From: Stegostoma tigrinum
Taxonomy: Eukaryota
Assembly (NCBI RefSeq): GCF_030684315.1
Contig: NC_081370.1
Span: forward strand, 44,410,728-44,474,727
Direction of reading: 5' to 3'
Length of the DNA stretch: 64,000 nucleotides
A program made the translations under genes and the position numbers. Shown in pieces: positions 35,016 through 47,429 of this stretch (the first letter of the stretch is position 1; each line of letters opens with the position of its first letter). Below the pieces are notes generated by a model. That model was not told where the DNA came from, did no database searches, and worked only from the letters and a program-made list of their open reading frames with translations.

Positions 35016-36499
35016 CGGCTCCTTTAAGTGTCCTGAGGATACATTGTCATTAGTCAAAAACAAATGAGCAAAGCAGTACGAAGAATTAAAATTAGTGGAA
35101 ATTTATGAAATCTAAATATTGCTGCTCACTTCTATTATATACTCCAGGCATGGAAGGTCACAAGTATACCCACGGACACTGGGCCTGGACCAGGAAGTTA
35201 AGGGAACATTTGGGCAGACCAATCTCCCATTAACCTGGAATCTAGTCTGCTTCTGCGTGGTAAATTCTTTGCAAGTTACTAAGTGCAGTGATCAAACAGT
35301 AACTTTTCCTTGCTTGAGAGGACAAAGATAGGTGTTGCATTTCAATACAACAAAAATATACCCTCAATCCAGATGACTATAACGAAACTAAAATTTCCAC
35401 ACTTAGATCCTTCAGTGAAATAAAAGCTATTTGCTTTTTCCTGTCATCTATATCTTATTAATGAACTATTTCGTAGTTCAATTATCTTGTAATCTAGTGA
35501 CTTATGGGAGAAGAAACAATTTATTGTGATTGCGCTCAGATACTTAGACTGCTAATTGTCTTCTCAGAATCCAGGAGGTTTCAGCAGAAGTCAATGCTTG
35601 CATTTTCAAAACGTGGGCTGCTTGTCTTTCTACTGCACACTTACTAATCGAGCACTTTGATATGATATTAGCATGCATCTTGCTGACCTGCTTCAAATGC
35701 ATTCAGCGTAATCAACATGCTGAACCTTCCCGAATTCATCATCCTAACTGTTGACACTTTTAGCATTTTAATGAACGATGAGACACTTGTGGCTGTCACC
35801 CAGTAAATAACCGTGGTGCTTGTTGGTTCGTGAATAAACATGAGCTATTCGATATTGCAGCAAGCCTACATGAAATTCCCAAGCATCATTGTGACTCATA
35901 AAAGTTGAAGTGAAAGTGGTTTATACTTGAATTGAAATGTCAAGCTGAAAAGAAATTGGCCTGGTTAAGATCACAATGCATATTCTGATGCTAATGAAGG
36001 ACATCTGTTCGAGAAGTAAACCCTTCATATAAATCATGCAATTGCCCCAATGACTTATTTCTAAAGGCTTTCAGTAGCATTTATATAAAAAGTTAAAAAG
36101 AAGTGACTACTTTATGCTTGCAGCAAAATAACCATATTCTTTAGTTATTAAGAATTGATCTACATGTGAAGATGCATATTGTAATGAATGGATTGTTCTT
36201 GACTGCCTGTCCATCATAGTGCATCAGAGAGTGGCACAAAACACATTTCGCACAAAGTTATAGGTCTTGACTCCCCAGCATCATGAAAACACTAGATCTT
36301 TTTGAAAGTATTTTAGTAGAGATAGGAACAAGTTGTATGTAACCTGTACTTCTAAGATCCTCCTACCTTCTGTGAGAGCTGTCCCAGAATACCTTCCCTT
36401 GCTCCCTCCTGCAATTCCTTTGGAAGACAATGTTTCACTTGTTCCTGTTCTTGAGTTATGCACAAGTCCCATACCATTAACATTCTCTCACATTGTATT

Positions 36500-36910
36500 C
36501 CTGCTGCTACACCATCCGCAAACTTTCATTCCCTCCACCAGCAATGCACAATATTAGCAGTGCGCACCATCTATAAGATGCATTGCAACAACTCACCAGC
36601 GTTCCTTCGGCAAATTTTCCAATTGCCTGACCATTATCGTTTAGAAAGTAAGGTACATGAGAATATATCATCTGCAAGTTGCCTTCCAAACCACTCACCA
36701 GCCTGACTTGGAAATGTATCACCATTCCTTCAGTGTTATTAATTCAAAATCCTGGAACTGTTTCCTAAGCAGAATTGTTCGTCTATCTACAAAATGGACT
36801 GTACGGTTTAAGTTAGAGAGCTCACCATCACCTTCTGAAGGGCAACTAGGAATGGGCAATAAATTCTGGTCTAGCCAACAACGCCCACTTCCATGAATGA
36901 ATAAAAAATA
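36500..36910 (+). mobile_element. L2/CR1-group LINE 3' end
   Basis: Tail 'gggcaactaggaatgggcaataaattctggtctagcc...ccatgaatgaataaaaaa'. Confidence 0.8.
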
Positions 36911-36934
36911 CAACTTTTTTTCATTTTAATATAT

Positions 36935-37500
36935 TTGAGGCATTGGAGAATGTGCGAAAGAAATTTGTGAGGATGGTACCAGGAGTGAGAGAATATACAC
37001 ACTACAAAAGATTGAATAGGCTTGGTCAGTTTTCTTTAGAAAAGTTGTGAAGTGGTGTGACAGAGGTTATTAAGATTATGAAAATATTTGACAGTGTAGG
37101 GAAGACATTTCCATAGTGGGAATGCTAGGCCCGAAACGTCAGCTTTTGTGCTCCTGAGATGCTGCTTGGCCTGCTGTGTTCGTCCAGCCTCACATTTTAT
37201 TATCTTGGAATCTCCAGCATCTGCAGTTCCCATCATCTCTGAGGTTATAAACATGATAGCCATTAAGAAATTCAATAGACATTTCAAGAGATACTTCTTC
37301 ACCCAGAGAATAGTCAGAATGTGTAACCATATGCAACAGATTTAGCAAGTGACACATAGATACATTTTACGGGAAATTAAATAGGAATGTGAGAGAACTG
37401 GGAAGTATATGCTGATACGGCTAGTTGAAGAGGGGTAGGAGGATAAACCCTGGCATAGAGGTCAATTAGCCTGAATGGCTTGGCTTCTGTACTGCGGGGA
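36935..37500 (+). mobile_element. CR1 3' fragment hosting a PLE insert
   Basis: 'gaggcattggagaatgtgc', 'ttcttcacccagagaatagt' (FFTQRIV). Confidence 0.75.
37125..37240 (+). mobile_element. PLE family A end starting inside hammerhead stem II
   Basis: 'ctaggcccgaaacgtcagcttttgtgctcc...gcagttcccatcatctct'. Confidence 0.92.
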
Positions 37501-38228
37501 TGATATGTAATACCACAGTTAGAAATTCAACAGTACTTTTAACTTTCAAAAGGTTATGCATTTAAGCAGGACATACAGTTGCTGGTCTCTGAGGAAGGAC
37601 CAGGAAAGTGGGGCCAAATGGGGCCAAATCAGAATGGCCCAAATGGCACCTTTATGTGCTACCATATTGTTTGATAGCCCTCTCTTCAAGGAAGACTCGT
37701 TTCATGTGAAGTATAGAGGCAAGTCCTGCATGGACAATTTATGGTACTTAGAGATTCTTGCATGAATTAGCTTTTGTGTGATTTTATTAGTTGAGTGCAC
37801 TTTTTAAGTGATTTTCAACCACTCTTACTTTATTGATTAGCAGAATGGAACAAGGCTGTGCCCTTCTCAACAGATGTGGAATCGTTGGAAACAATAGTAG
37901 CTAATTTCCACCAGAGTTGAAATGTGTCTTGAGAACTGTATAGTTTACAATCATTCTAGTGAGCTGTTGTGTGATATCTCATGGAGATAAGATTTAATGC
38001 CTTTAATTTGTCTGACCTCCAGTACTAAGTGCACTGAAGGATTTCCAGTTCACAGCTAATGCTGCAGAATACCTTGCAGTGAACAAATTCAGTAAGACTG
38101 CGCCAGCTCTGAGCTCTGTGGAACATTTGTGAATGGTCATGTTTTTGCAACCTTGGACTTCATTTTCCCTAATGTCTTATTTGCTAGCCTTCTGAACACA
38201 GACGTGTAGAAAACCCAACATGTTGACC

Positions 38229-38418
38229 AAAGAATAAAATAATTGTGGATGCTGAAAATCTGAAACAAGAACAGAAATTGCTGGAAAATCTCAGCAGGTC
38301 TAACCTGATCAGTTCTGAAGAAGGGTCACTCAACCTGAAACATTCATTCTGATTTCTCTCCACAGATGCTCCCACTCCTGCTGAGATTTTCCCACATTTT
38401 CGGTTTTTGTTTCAGATA
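38229..38418. mobile_element. Hairpin PLE-end insertion (family B)
   Basis: Minus arm with tail 38229-38305, plus arm 'cagttctgaagaagggtcactcaacctgaaac' to 'tttcagat'; imperfect TSD cccaacatgttgac / cccaaacgtgac. Confidence 0.82.
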
Positions 38419-38846
38419 TCCCAAACGTGACTACTCGCATTATGCTTTGCACCATATCAAACATGTCCAAGTAACATTCATCTGCTTTCCCCTCTTCAAA
38501 TGTATTAAATTCAGACTTCTGATCCATACTTACGAACCTGTTCATGGCCTTACTCTGCTTATTTCCCTAGAATCTGCTAAGATTATCAGGCTGATAATTA
38601 GAATACTACTTATTAAAACCTAGCTTCATTATAAACTAACATTTACCTTTATTAGATACCTTACTTTGCAGAACAGAACAGTGGGAACATTCAGAAATTG
38701 AGCACAATATGGAAAAGAGGCCAATTTCATGGGATGATGGGAAAGTTGTCAGTTTTTAAGCAGCTTACTACAGCAAAACTAAAGCTTTGAAGGTAGTTTG
38801 TGACAAACTGCTTGTGTATGATAAAGGCAAGAAATGAGTGTAGCTG

Positions 38847-38867
38847 TCTCTCTCTCTCTCTCTCTCT
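38847..38867. repeat. (TC)n microsatellite
   Basis: About 10 TC units. Confidence 0.9.
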
Positions 38868-40214
38868 TTGTGAGAGAAGGGACCTCAGGATTGTGAGATG
38901 CAGTAGCCAATAAGAAGGAGATATGATTATGTAAAGTTAGTGACAGGCACATGAATTATTACTGGTGGGTGAGGAAAGCACGCCTCGTCATGATCACGGT
39001 TTCAGTGAAGGCAATTGGGAGGGAGATAAGAGCAAGGATAAAAGAAACTTTTCTTCTGCTTCTGTCTGCTGGAAACATTTGAAACCCAGAAGCTAGAAAT
39101 GAAGGCATGGCACAAAGCAGTGAGAAAGAGAGAGATGGTTGAAGATCAAAAACTGCCAGAAGAGAAATCATTGTGCATGCCCTGTCCAATTATGATATGG
39201 GAAGTAGTTTTCATTAAGCAGCAATTCGCTGCCTTAAACTTGTTGCTGTATTTTACCAGAAAACTTCAGAAACTTGTTCTGACTGTATCTAATTCAGGTG
39301 GTCTCATGACAGAACTTCTCGCCAGTGCATTCCCAAAACTATTAAGGGCTTACAAAATCACAAAAATCGACAATGAGATCCCCGACTGAACTGGCCTAGG
39401 TCCTGTGCACTTTTTTTTTGAGAGTGTCGGTCTTGAGGTAAAGTGTTTGACCAGCTAGTGAGGGAAAATCTTTGAAGAGTACATAGCACTTAATGACTCA
39501 CCAAATGATAAAAGCTACTTATAAGAAAAAAAATGAATAGTTATGTCATCCAAAAATGTTTAATTAGTTTGGAGCAGAAAATAGAGTTCGTCTAAGCTAG
39601 GATAGTTTTGAGGAAGTTAATAAGTAAGCAAGTTAGAGACAGCCCTGCTCACAGTGTTCACCTTTGTGCTCATGGTAAGACTAATGACCAGAATGATCAA
39701 GAAATAAACCAATTGAATCAGTGAGCTCGTGATTTGGAATTGTGCAAAGTGAATGCTTTGTTGCCGAAGCAGCATGACTTTAACCTGAAATGACCAACAC
39801 CGTCATTGAAGCTCAACAAGCTAAGAATCAGCTGAATTTTCAGAACAGGGATTCACAGAATGGGAGGTGGGAACCTAAAGGGGAATGAAAGGTCTGATGC
39901 AGCAATGGTAGTCCGTGAAGCTTGTCCAACCAACTGAAAAGCCACGAGGCAGCTTTAAATCTTCACTTCTTTCAAACAACTCAAAAAAGCTCAACGTTGA
40001 GACTGTTTGCTGTGGCTAAAATGCTCAACCTTAAATACTTTTACAAAGGCTTGAAAGCTCCTCCTAACAGCAGCCCAAGGCTTCTCCAGAGACCCACACC
40101 ACCTCCACAAGCCCCTACCCCACCACCTTGCCCCATTCTTACAGATCTGCTCCCCTTAGCTTTTACAGCTCTGATCCTAGATTGAAAACCCTCACCCCAG
40201 CTCATGTTCATGCA

Positions 40215-40760
40215 TTAAGACCATACAAAGCTGAGGCAGAAGAAGGGTCTAGGCCCGAAACATCAGCTTTCCTGCTTCTCTGATGCTGCTTGGCCTGCTG
40301 TGCTCATCCAGCTCCACACTTTGTTATCTTGGATTCTCCAGCATCTGCAGTTCCCATTATCTCCGAGGCAGAAGTAGGTCACTCAGCCCATCGAGTCTGT
40401 TCCACCACTCAATAAGATTATGGTTGATCTGATAATCCTCAAATTCACTTTCCTACCTTTTCCTACAACCCTGACTTCCTTACTGATTAAAAATCTGTCT
40501 ACCTCAGCATTGAATATATCTAATGACCCAGCCTCAACAGCACTGTGTGGTAAATAATTCCACAGATTCACTACCATCAGAGAGAAGAAATGTCTCCTCA
40601 TCTCTGTCTTAAATGCACAATCCATTTTTTCTGAGATTATGCCGTATGGTCCTACACTGTCCCAAACAGGAAATAACCTCACGACATCGACATTATAAAG
40701 TCCTCTAAGAATGTTTTATGTTTTTCTATATTCTAACAAGTACAGGCTCAATCTACAGAT
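40215..40760 (-). mobile_element. CR1 3' fragment
   Basis: ORF 40383-40682 'FKTEMRRHFFS..VVNLWNYLP..VEAGSLDIF..VDRFL'. Confidence 0.85.
40243..40364 (+). mobile_element. ~120-bp PLE family A end starting at hammerhead stem II, TSD gaggcagaag
   Basis: TSD at 40233-40242 and 40365-40374. Confidence 0.92.
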
Positions 40761-41234
40761 TCCAACCCCCCTCACCCCCCATATGAGCTATAAAACTACA
40801 TAACAATTTTCCAGCCTTAAAGTTGGGTCTTGGTAGGAAAATGTACGTAGAACAGGAGGCTGAATCGCTAAAGAGTTAGTCTGCCAAAACAAGCTGTTTA
40901 GAGAACAGTTCAAAAAGTGAAACAAGTTGAAACTATAACTTAGGCTGGAGAAGCAATTAAGATTGTGCAGGAAGGAAAACAATTCTGGGGAAAAGAAACA
41001 AGTTAATAAGCGCACAACAATAGTGAGAAAAGAATATGTGTAATTTCTTGGGAGTGACAACTGGATTTGGTTTTCATTATTTCTATAGATATATGTGCGT
41101 GTGTATGTGTGTTTGAATCTCAAAGACTTTCTGTGACCATATCATGTTCTTTCATGTGAAGCAAGAAGTTGCTGTTGTCTGACCTTTAATGTTGAAAGCA
41201 TAAAGTTTGCCATTTATCTAATCTATACATTTGT

Positions 41235-41455
41235 AAAGTCACCATGGTCCTACTGGACTATACAGCTGCTTTCTCATTAGAGAGCGATGACTGGTGGTGA
41301 TTTAACCTGAGATCTGCCGTACCTCAGGCAAGAGGAAAGGTTGAGAGGAGAATCCTTCATGATATTATCAGCTGATGTGAGAATTAAGCCCATGTTGTGG
41401 GCATCAGTCTACATCACAATCCAATTTTCCAACCAATTCGTCTAACTAACGCCCA
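41235..41455 (-). mobile_element. Short tRNA-derived SINE, copy 1 of a head-to-head pair
   Basis: Reverse complement aligns to 41470-41680. Confidence 0.75.
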
Positions 41456-41469
41456 TCCATACGCATTTC

Positions 41470-41680
41470 GGGGTCAGTTTAGTTCAATGGACGACTGGTT
41501 TGTGATGCAGACTGATGCCAACAACATTTGGCCTAGTCCTGCTCCAGGTAAGGTGACCATGAGGGACTGTCCTTCTCAACCTCTCCCCTTGCTTGAGCTG
41601 TGGTGACCCTCAGGTTAAACCACCATCGGTTACTTTTGTCTAATGAGAGAGCAGACCTGTTAAGACTATGGTGCCTTTAC
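41470..41680 (+). mobile_element. Short tRNA-derived SINE, copy 2 of a head-to-head pair
   Basis: A-box-like 'gggtcagtttagttcaatgg'; body 'ccttctcaacctctcccc..ctcaggttaaaccacca..ctaatgagagagcag'. Confidence 0.75.
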
Positions 41681-43659
41681 CTGTACACATGTATATTTCA
41701 TGGGGAACTGTAGCCATGACTTGGTAGTGAAGTAATTGTGCTTGTGTGCTCTTTCAGTCTGAGAATGGGAATATAACACACATTTTTTGCACTGAAAATC
41801 ATAAGCCTTTAAAGGGTTCAATATTTCTAAGCTGTATGAATGCGATTGTTGGGTTTATTTGTTTCAATTGTAGATCCTGCTGTGAGAATTGTAAATTTGA
41901 AGAAGTGAATTACGTTTTAAATCAAAGTTACTGTTTGCATGTTATTCTTACTTACAATTTATTTTTGTAGCTATGGAAAAATAACATTTTGATTTGTAAG
42001 TGATGAATTTTCAGCATTAATGACTTAAAAGTATTTAGTAAAAATTCAGTTTTGAACTGTTCAAAACATTTTTCTCTAATTTGACAATCTGCTTTATTTT
42101 CCAGTTTAAATATGTCATAATGAACTTTTCTCAACTTGACACTTGTTTTCAACGGATGTCATGCTTGTTGTTTGGGCACTGGCAGTCTAGCTGGTGAGCT
42201 GGTGAGAGATCCATGTTATCTTGTCCAATATAAGTCTACTGTACCATGTGCCAATTAGACAGTGACGATATCACAGGCAAGATCCCAAGTGTATTAAATC
42301 CCATCCAACTTGAGGCAATTCGAGGCTGGCATCTCTGGAGCCCAGCAGCACCATGGTTGAGGCCGTGGTCCCTGATGGAAAACATAGAGGACCCATGTCG
42401 AAGTTAACCCTGTATGAGGCCAGGGTTTTTGCAGCTTGTATGTCACAAAGACTGGGATGCAGTTGGTGAAGGATGGGATGTTGGAAGCAAGTGCAGTGGC
42501 AGGCTCACAGTGAGATATTGAATTGCCTTTGAATGAGGGCCGCTTCCCTATTTCCCTCAGTGATAAGCTGCCTGCAGAATAGAAGCAATTGGGAATACCA
42601 TACTTCAACACACTCTCCTGCCCATGGGGTTAGGTCTAACAGTGGTGGGCTGGAGCCCTTGTGTGGCCCTTGATTTGTTACTTAAGGGCATGAATTTGCA
42701 GCAGGTTTGAAAATCAAGCTTTGACTTTTCTGCCCAGAACTGATGAAAGCAGGAAGACAGCAGGGCTTGGTTATGCCATCACTCACCTAATTCAATCTCC
42801 TTCCCATCTCCAAGCCCGCCTTCTCCAGGAAGATAAAATTCCGCCCATTGTCTTTTTAAGGCATCTCTCTCTAACTCTTTTGATCACAAATTGTTGGAGG
42901 TGTTATCTAACTTGGGCAGCTAAATTTCTCATGGATCTTATTTCCTTGTATGCATTATAGCATTCTGAGTTTAGTTATTATGTCTTGGTTTGAATTTAGA
43001 CCATTAAGATTAAAGTATTACGTTTAACTGAATTTTAAAGCACTGAAAACGAGAATTTTTTTAGAGGTCACAGTGACATTCTAACTATTATGTTAATGTA
43101 TATGGGACTCTCTAATTTTCAATAAGTCTCATTATTCAAAAGCTAGTAGTTCTAAATTTTAAATGATCAATGCTGTGAATTTGAATTTGAGATACTTGAA
43201 TTGATTCAGGTTGTTCACACATCTGGATTGCACCCCAAACATAAACCTTGGATGATGGATCGACTGCAAAATGCTGAAATGCTTGGAAACAATTGGAATT
43301 CAATCTAAAATGCTGGTCTCCCCAGCCAGAATACTGTTATTTTGAAATGATAAAGTTGCAAATGATTCTTCTTGTTTCCCTTCACTAAAGGCAAAATTTA
43401 GGCAAGGTTAAAGAAAATATAACAAAAAATAATTAGGATGCAAAAAGAAGACATAAGTTAGACTGGCAAGCTTTTAAAAGGTATAAAAATTGGAGCAATG
43501 GTGTACAGATGAGAAGTTTCTAAGAACCATGACAGCTCCTTCTAAGCCATCGCCTACCAATGGATACTTATTAAAATGACCTGGCATGTTGGTAATTTGA
43601 AGCTTCAATTGCTTTGAATACTTAAAAGATATATTAGTCCTTATTTTAGTTTAATTAGA

Positions 43660-44215
43660 CAAGATATGTTGGGGTCTTGTTGAAGTTGTGCAGAACATTG
43701 TTGAGGCATTTTCAGGAGTATTGCATTCTGTTCTGGTCACCCTGTTATAGGAATGATATTATTCAGCTGGAGAGGGTTCAGAGAGATTTACCAGCTTGTT
43801 GCTGGGTATGGAAGGTTTGAGTTATAAAGAAAGGCTGGATAGGCTGGGACTTTTTTCTCTGGAGTTTAGGAGGTTGAGAGGTGATCATTTTGAGTGTTTC
43901 AAAATCATGAGGGATATGGACAGGTTTGATGGTAGGTGTTTTTTCATAGGATGGGGGATTTCAAGACAAAGGAGCATATTTTGCAGGTGATTGGACAGAG
44001 ATTTAAAAGACATGGGGGCAAACATTTTACACAGAGGCTGGTTCATATGTGGAATGAGCTTCCTGAGGAAGTGGTGGATGCAAGCACAGTTATAACATTT
44101 ATAAGATAATTAAGTACATTAATAGGAAAAGTTTGGAGGAATATTGGGCAGGAGCATGCATGGGCTGATTGGACTGAAGGGTCTGATTCTGTGCTGTATG
44201 ACACTATGACTCTAT
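43660..44215 (+). mobile_element. CR1/HER1 3' fragment
   Basis: ORF 43796-43990 'GMEGLSYKERLDRLGLFSLEFRRLRGD'; tail 'tctgtgctgtatgacactatgactcta'. Confidence 0.9.
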
Positions 44216-45444
44216 ATTGGAGAATTAAACGATTTGGCAAGGCTGTACCAACAGTGAAGACTGAAGATTTCAGTCACCTGTCATGGGAGTGTTATAACTA
44301 CTCCAAGCTGGATGAATTTTGTTGAAATAAAAATAGAAACAACAGCAGATGGAAAATGGTCCTGTGACTCACTGATGAGCACTTCTGTTCAAAGGTCTTC
44401 AGCAGTTGCTTGCAAAAGATTGCGAACCCATGCTTAGAATTTACGGCAACTCTGTCACCATCTGCAACATGGTCTTGCAAAGGCGATCATAGCAACTGAT
44501 GAATATAGATTCATTGACTATACTTTTCACTAAGAATGATTGTATTGGCCTTTGTTCAGGATTGTCAGGAATTACATCTGGAGAGGTTCAGTTGCTTTGA
44601 AGGAACATCAGCATTTATAAAAATAACCTTTTGATATAAGGTCCTAATGGCCAATTTTTCATCATTTGTAAATGTTGTTACTGATGCCAGAATGGCTGGT
44701 ATTGGAGATTCAGAACCTTCTCCACTTTCCCTACAATACGAGCTGTGAAATTGAAACTAGGCCACCTATAAGACTGTCCTTGTGTTGTATGCACATCAAT
44801 TGCTCGGAGATTCAGTGTGAATCTAGAAACACAGTTATCGCGAGTTGATCTTCTGGCATTGATCAATGCGCAAGAGCAGATCAGGCAGGATTTTGTTCTT
44901 TGGGTCAGGATCGCAGCATCAGGGCCAAATGGAGGTCAGAACCAGCACACTGAGATTTTCCCTAAAATGGTCATTACTGGCCAGAGTTCAGGCTCCCTGT
45001 ACGAATCAGAATGGTTAATGGGCTCTTGAAAATGGGGGCCTAATTTCACTCCACCACTGATGATTGCTTTCTCTGGTAACAAAGACAGAGAGGGTACCTT
45101 GAGGTGAAGATGTCCTTTCCCTAACTTCTTAAACATTAAAATAAAAAGTGCTATCAGTTGCCATCCACTACTCCATCCTCCACAGGGTAGCCTTCAGCTT
45201 CAACTCAAATCTGACTGGAAAGGAGTGCCTCTCGGTCTGTCTGGCCCTGCCACTGTCATGTACTCCAGTGCTGCCACCCAGTACCTGATCCAGTCTCATT
45301 AGTTGGCCATGTTAGAAATACAGCCCACCTCTTGCTTTGATCAGTGTGGAAGAGCACATGGAGAAGGATTTTGCTCTTTGGTTAAGACCCCAATATTGTG
45401 GTCAAATGGAAGTCAATAGAACCTGAACATGATCTTCCATATCC

Positions 45445-45772
45445 TTTACCTCCTCCCAAAACCTAGACCCTGTCATAACATGGGCAGCTTTCATTACTGG
45501 CAACCCATTTTCACCTACTTATTGTCCCTATTTATCAGCTTTTCTTTCCGTTGAGCATCATCCACCCCTTTGACTCCCTAACTGTTATTCCCAGTTTTTG
45601 GGCTCCACCTGTACCTATCCACTCACCCTTTTTCCCTTGCCATGCCTTTAGCATATATATTATCTTTTGCTAGCTAATATCACTTCTAAAGAAGGGTCAC
45701 TGAACTCAAAATATTAGCTGTTTGCTCTCCACAAATGCTTCCAGACCTGCTCCAGCAATTTCTGTTTCTGTG
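45445..45772 (+). mobile_element. Old PLE family B pLTR with decayed hammerhead
   Basis: Pyrimidine-rich tract, then 'ttctaaagaagggtcactgaactcaaaatattag...ccagacctgctccagcaatttctgttt'. Confidence 0.7.
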
Positions 45773-46513
45773 TTGAATTAACCTCCTATGGTTCAGGAAT
45801 GGGGCTAACATTCTGACAAAGATCGCAATTTTAAACAGCCTTCACTGGCTCGCCATTGCTTGTGGTGTGGGTGAGCAGCCAGTCTCCTGCTTTGCACCGC
45901 CCAAATCCTACACCTGGCAAGATGGCCCAGACGATGGAATGGCACCAACAAACTGGCGTGCCATCTGGCTGTTTATGTTTCCACTCCCACCCATACCTAT
46001 GCTCATCCCCATTCACTGACGGGTAAAAATCCTGCTGATGGTCTTAGATGTTTCATGATGTGGCCAACACCTTACAGCAGCATTGTTGCTCTAACACAAC
46101 TGAACAGGTCTCTCGAGTGAAGACAAAGGCCTTTCTTTGGTTTTGAGAAATGTTACTGAGCAGTTCAAGGGGCAATTAAGATCGAGAAAACTTGGCAATG
46201 TGTTCTCAAACTCTCTGCCAGAAAAGTATTTTGCTCTCAGAACCTTTGTGCAGACAAAGCTTAAGTTGCGCAAACTGAGACCTTGGATTTTTAAACTTTT
46301 CCCCTAGACCTCAGAGCGGGGTATGCGGGTATCTCAGAAAATGATAAAAGTCATCAGATTTTGTGTCTGTACTTTGCCAGTATCTGTATTTGTGGGTGCA
46401 AATGTTTGTGTGCATAAATAATGCACTCATCCCACTATCAATCTTACATAGTCCTATATTTACCTGGTGCAGTGCATATGAGAAGGTTTGGAAAATAGAC
46501 AAGACCAAGACAT

Positions 46514-46719
46514 AACGGGAACTGCAGATGCTGGAGAATCCAAGATGGCAAAGTGTGAAGCTGGATGAACACAGCAGGCCAAGCAGCATCTCAGGAACAC
46601 AAAAGCTGACGTTTCGGGCCTAGACCCTTCATCAGGGTCTAGGCCCAAAACATCAGCTTTTGTGCTCCTGAGATGCTGCTTGGCCTGCTGTGTTCATCCA
46701 TCTTCACACTTTGTTATCT
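46514..46719. mobile_element. Hairpin PLE-end insertion (family A), 13-bp TSD
   Basis: Arms 46514-46635 and 46636-46718; aaga[c/t]caagacat at 46501-46513 and 46720-46732. Confidence 0.93.
46606..46635 (-). ncRNA. Minimal hammerhead ribozyme core (5' strand of stem I lost at the inversion point)
   Basis: Reverse complement reads CTGATGA-A-GGGTCTAGGCCC-GAAAC-GTC-AG. Confidence 0.65.
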
Positions 46720-47429
46720 AAGATCAAGACATGCCCTATTCTGGCCTGACCCAATGGCTCCATTGGATGATATAAGAGTTAAAATGTCCTTTGCTGTTTA
46801 CACGGTTGGCGAAGGATTTCTAGACTCACATCTGTGAATTTTGAGGCAAATATTACACAAATAACCAAAAGATTATTTCAGAGCCAGCCAAGTTTCAGTT
46901 TCACAGCCTGAAGTGTACGGAGGAACGGAAGGGATCAGAAATTCCTGTTCCACCCATTGTGGGCATCAGATGGCATTTAAGAAAAAATGAAAATTTGAAA
47001 TTGTTTATGAGCGTGGTTTGTAGAGATATTTTCAGAAACTCTGGTGCTCCTTCAAGGTAACCAAACCTGTTCATATGATGCAGCAAGTCAACATTGCTTA
47101 CATTCCGTCAATGAGTACAAAAAAAATTAGTAATGCTTTATTTAGTGATTGAATCAGTGCACTTCTCCACCCTCTCCCTAATGGTTACTATGGTGACCAG
47201 CAGTTACACAATAAAAACATTTGGAGGAGCTTTCTGAAGCTCAATGGATTGTAGCTTAATTTACACAGAATTAAACATTTAAAAAAATGTATTTAAATAG
47301 TTAAATCACTTTAATAGTTAAATTATTATTGTAATATTCCAATTGCTCCCAAAAAACCAGATGTAGCATAGATATTGCTGTTAAACTTAATAGCTTTTAA
47401 TAAGTTGAATTTTCAGATTATACCACAGT

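Noticed and set aside
44370-44400. CTGATGA-gcac-ttct-gttc-aaaggtc as another hammerhead
   Set aside because: Stem II is mismatched and GAAA is absent
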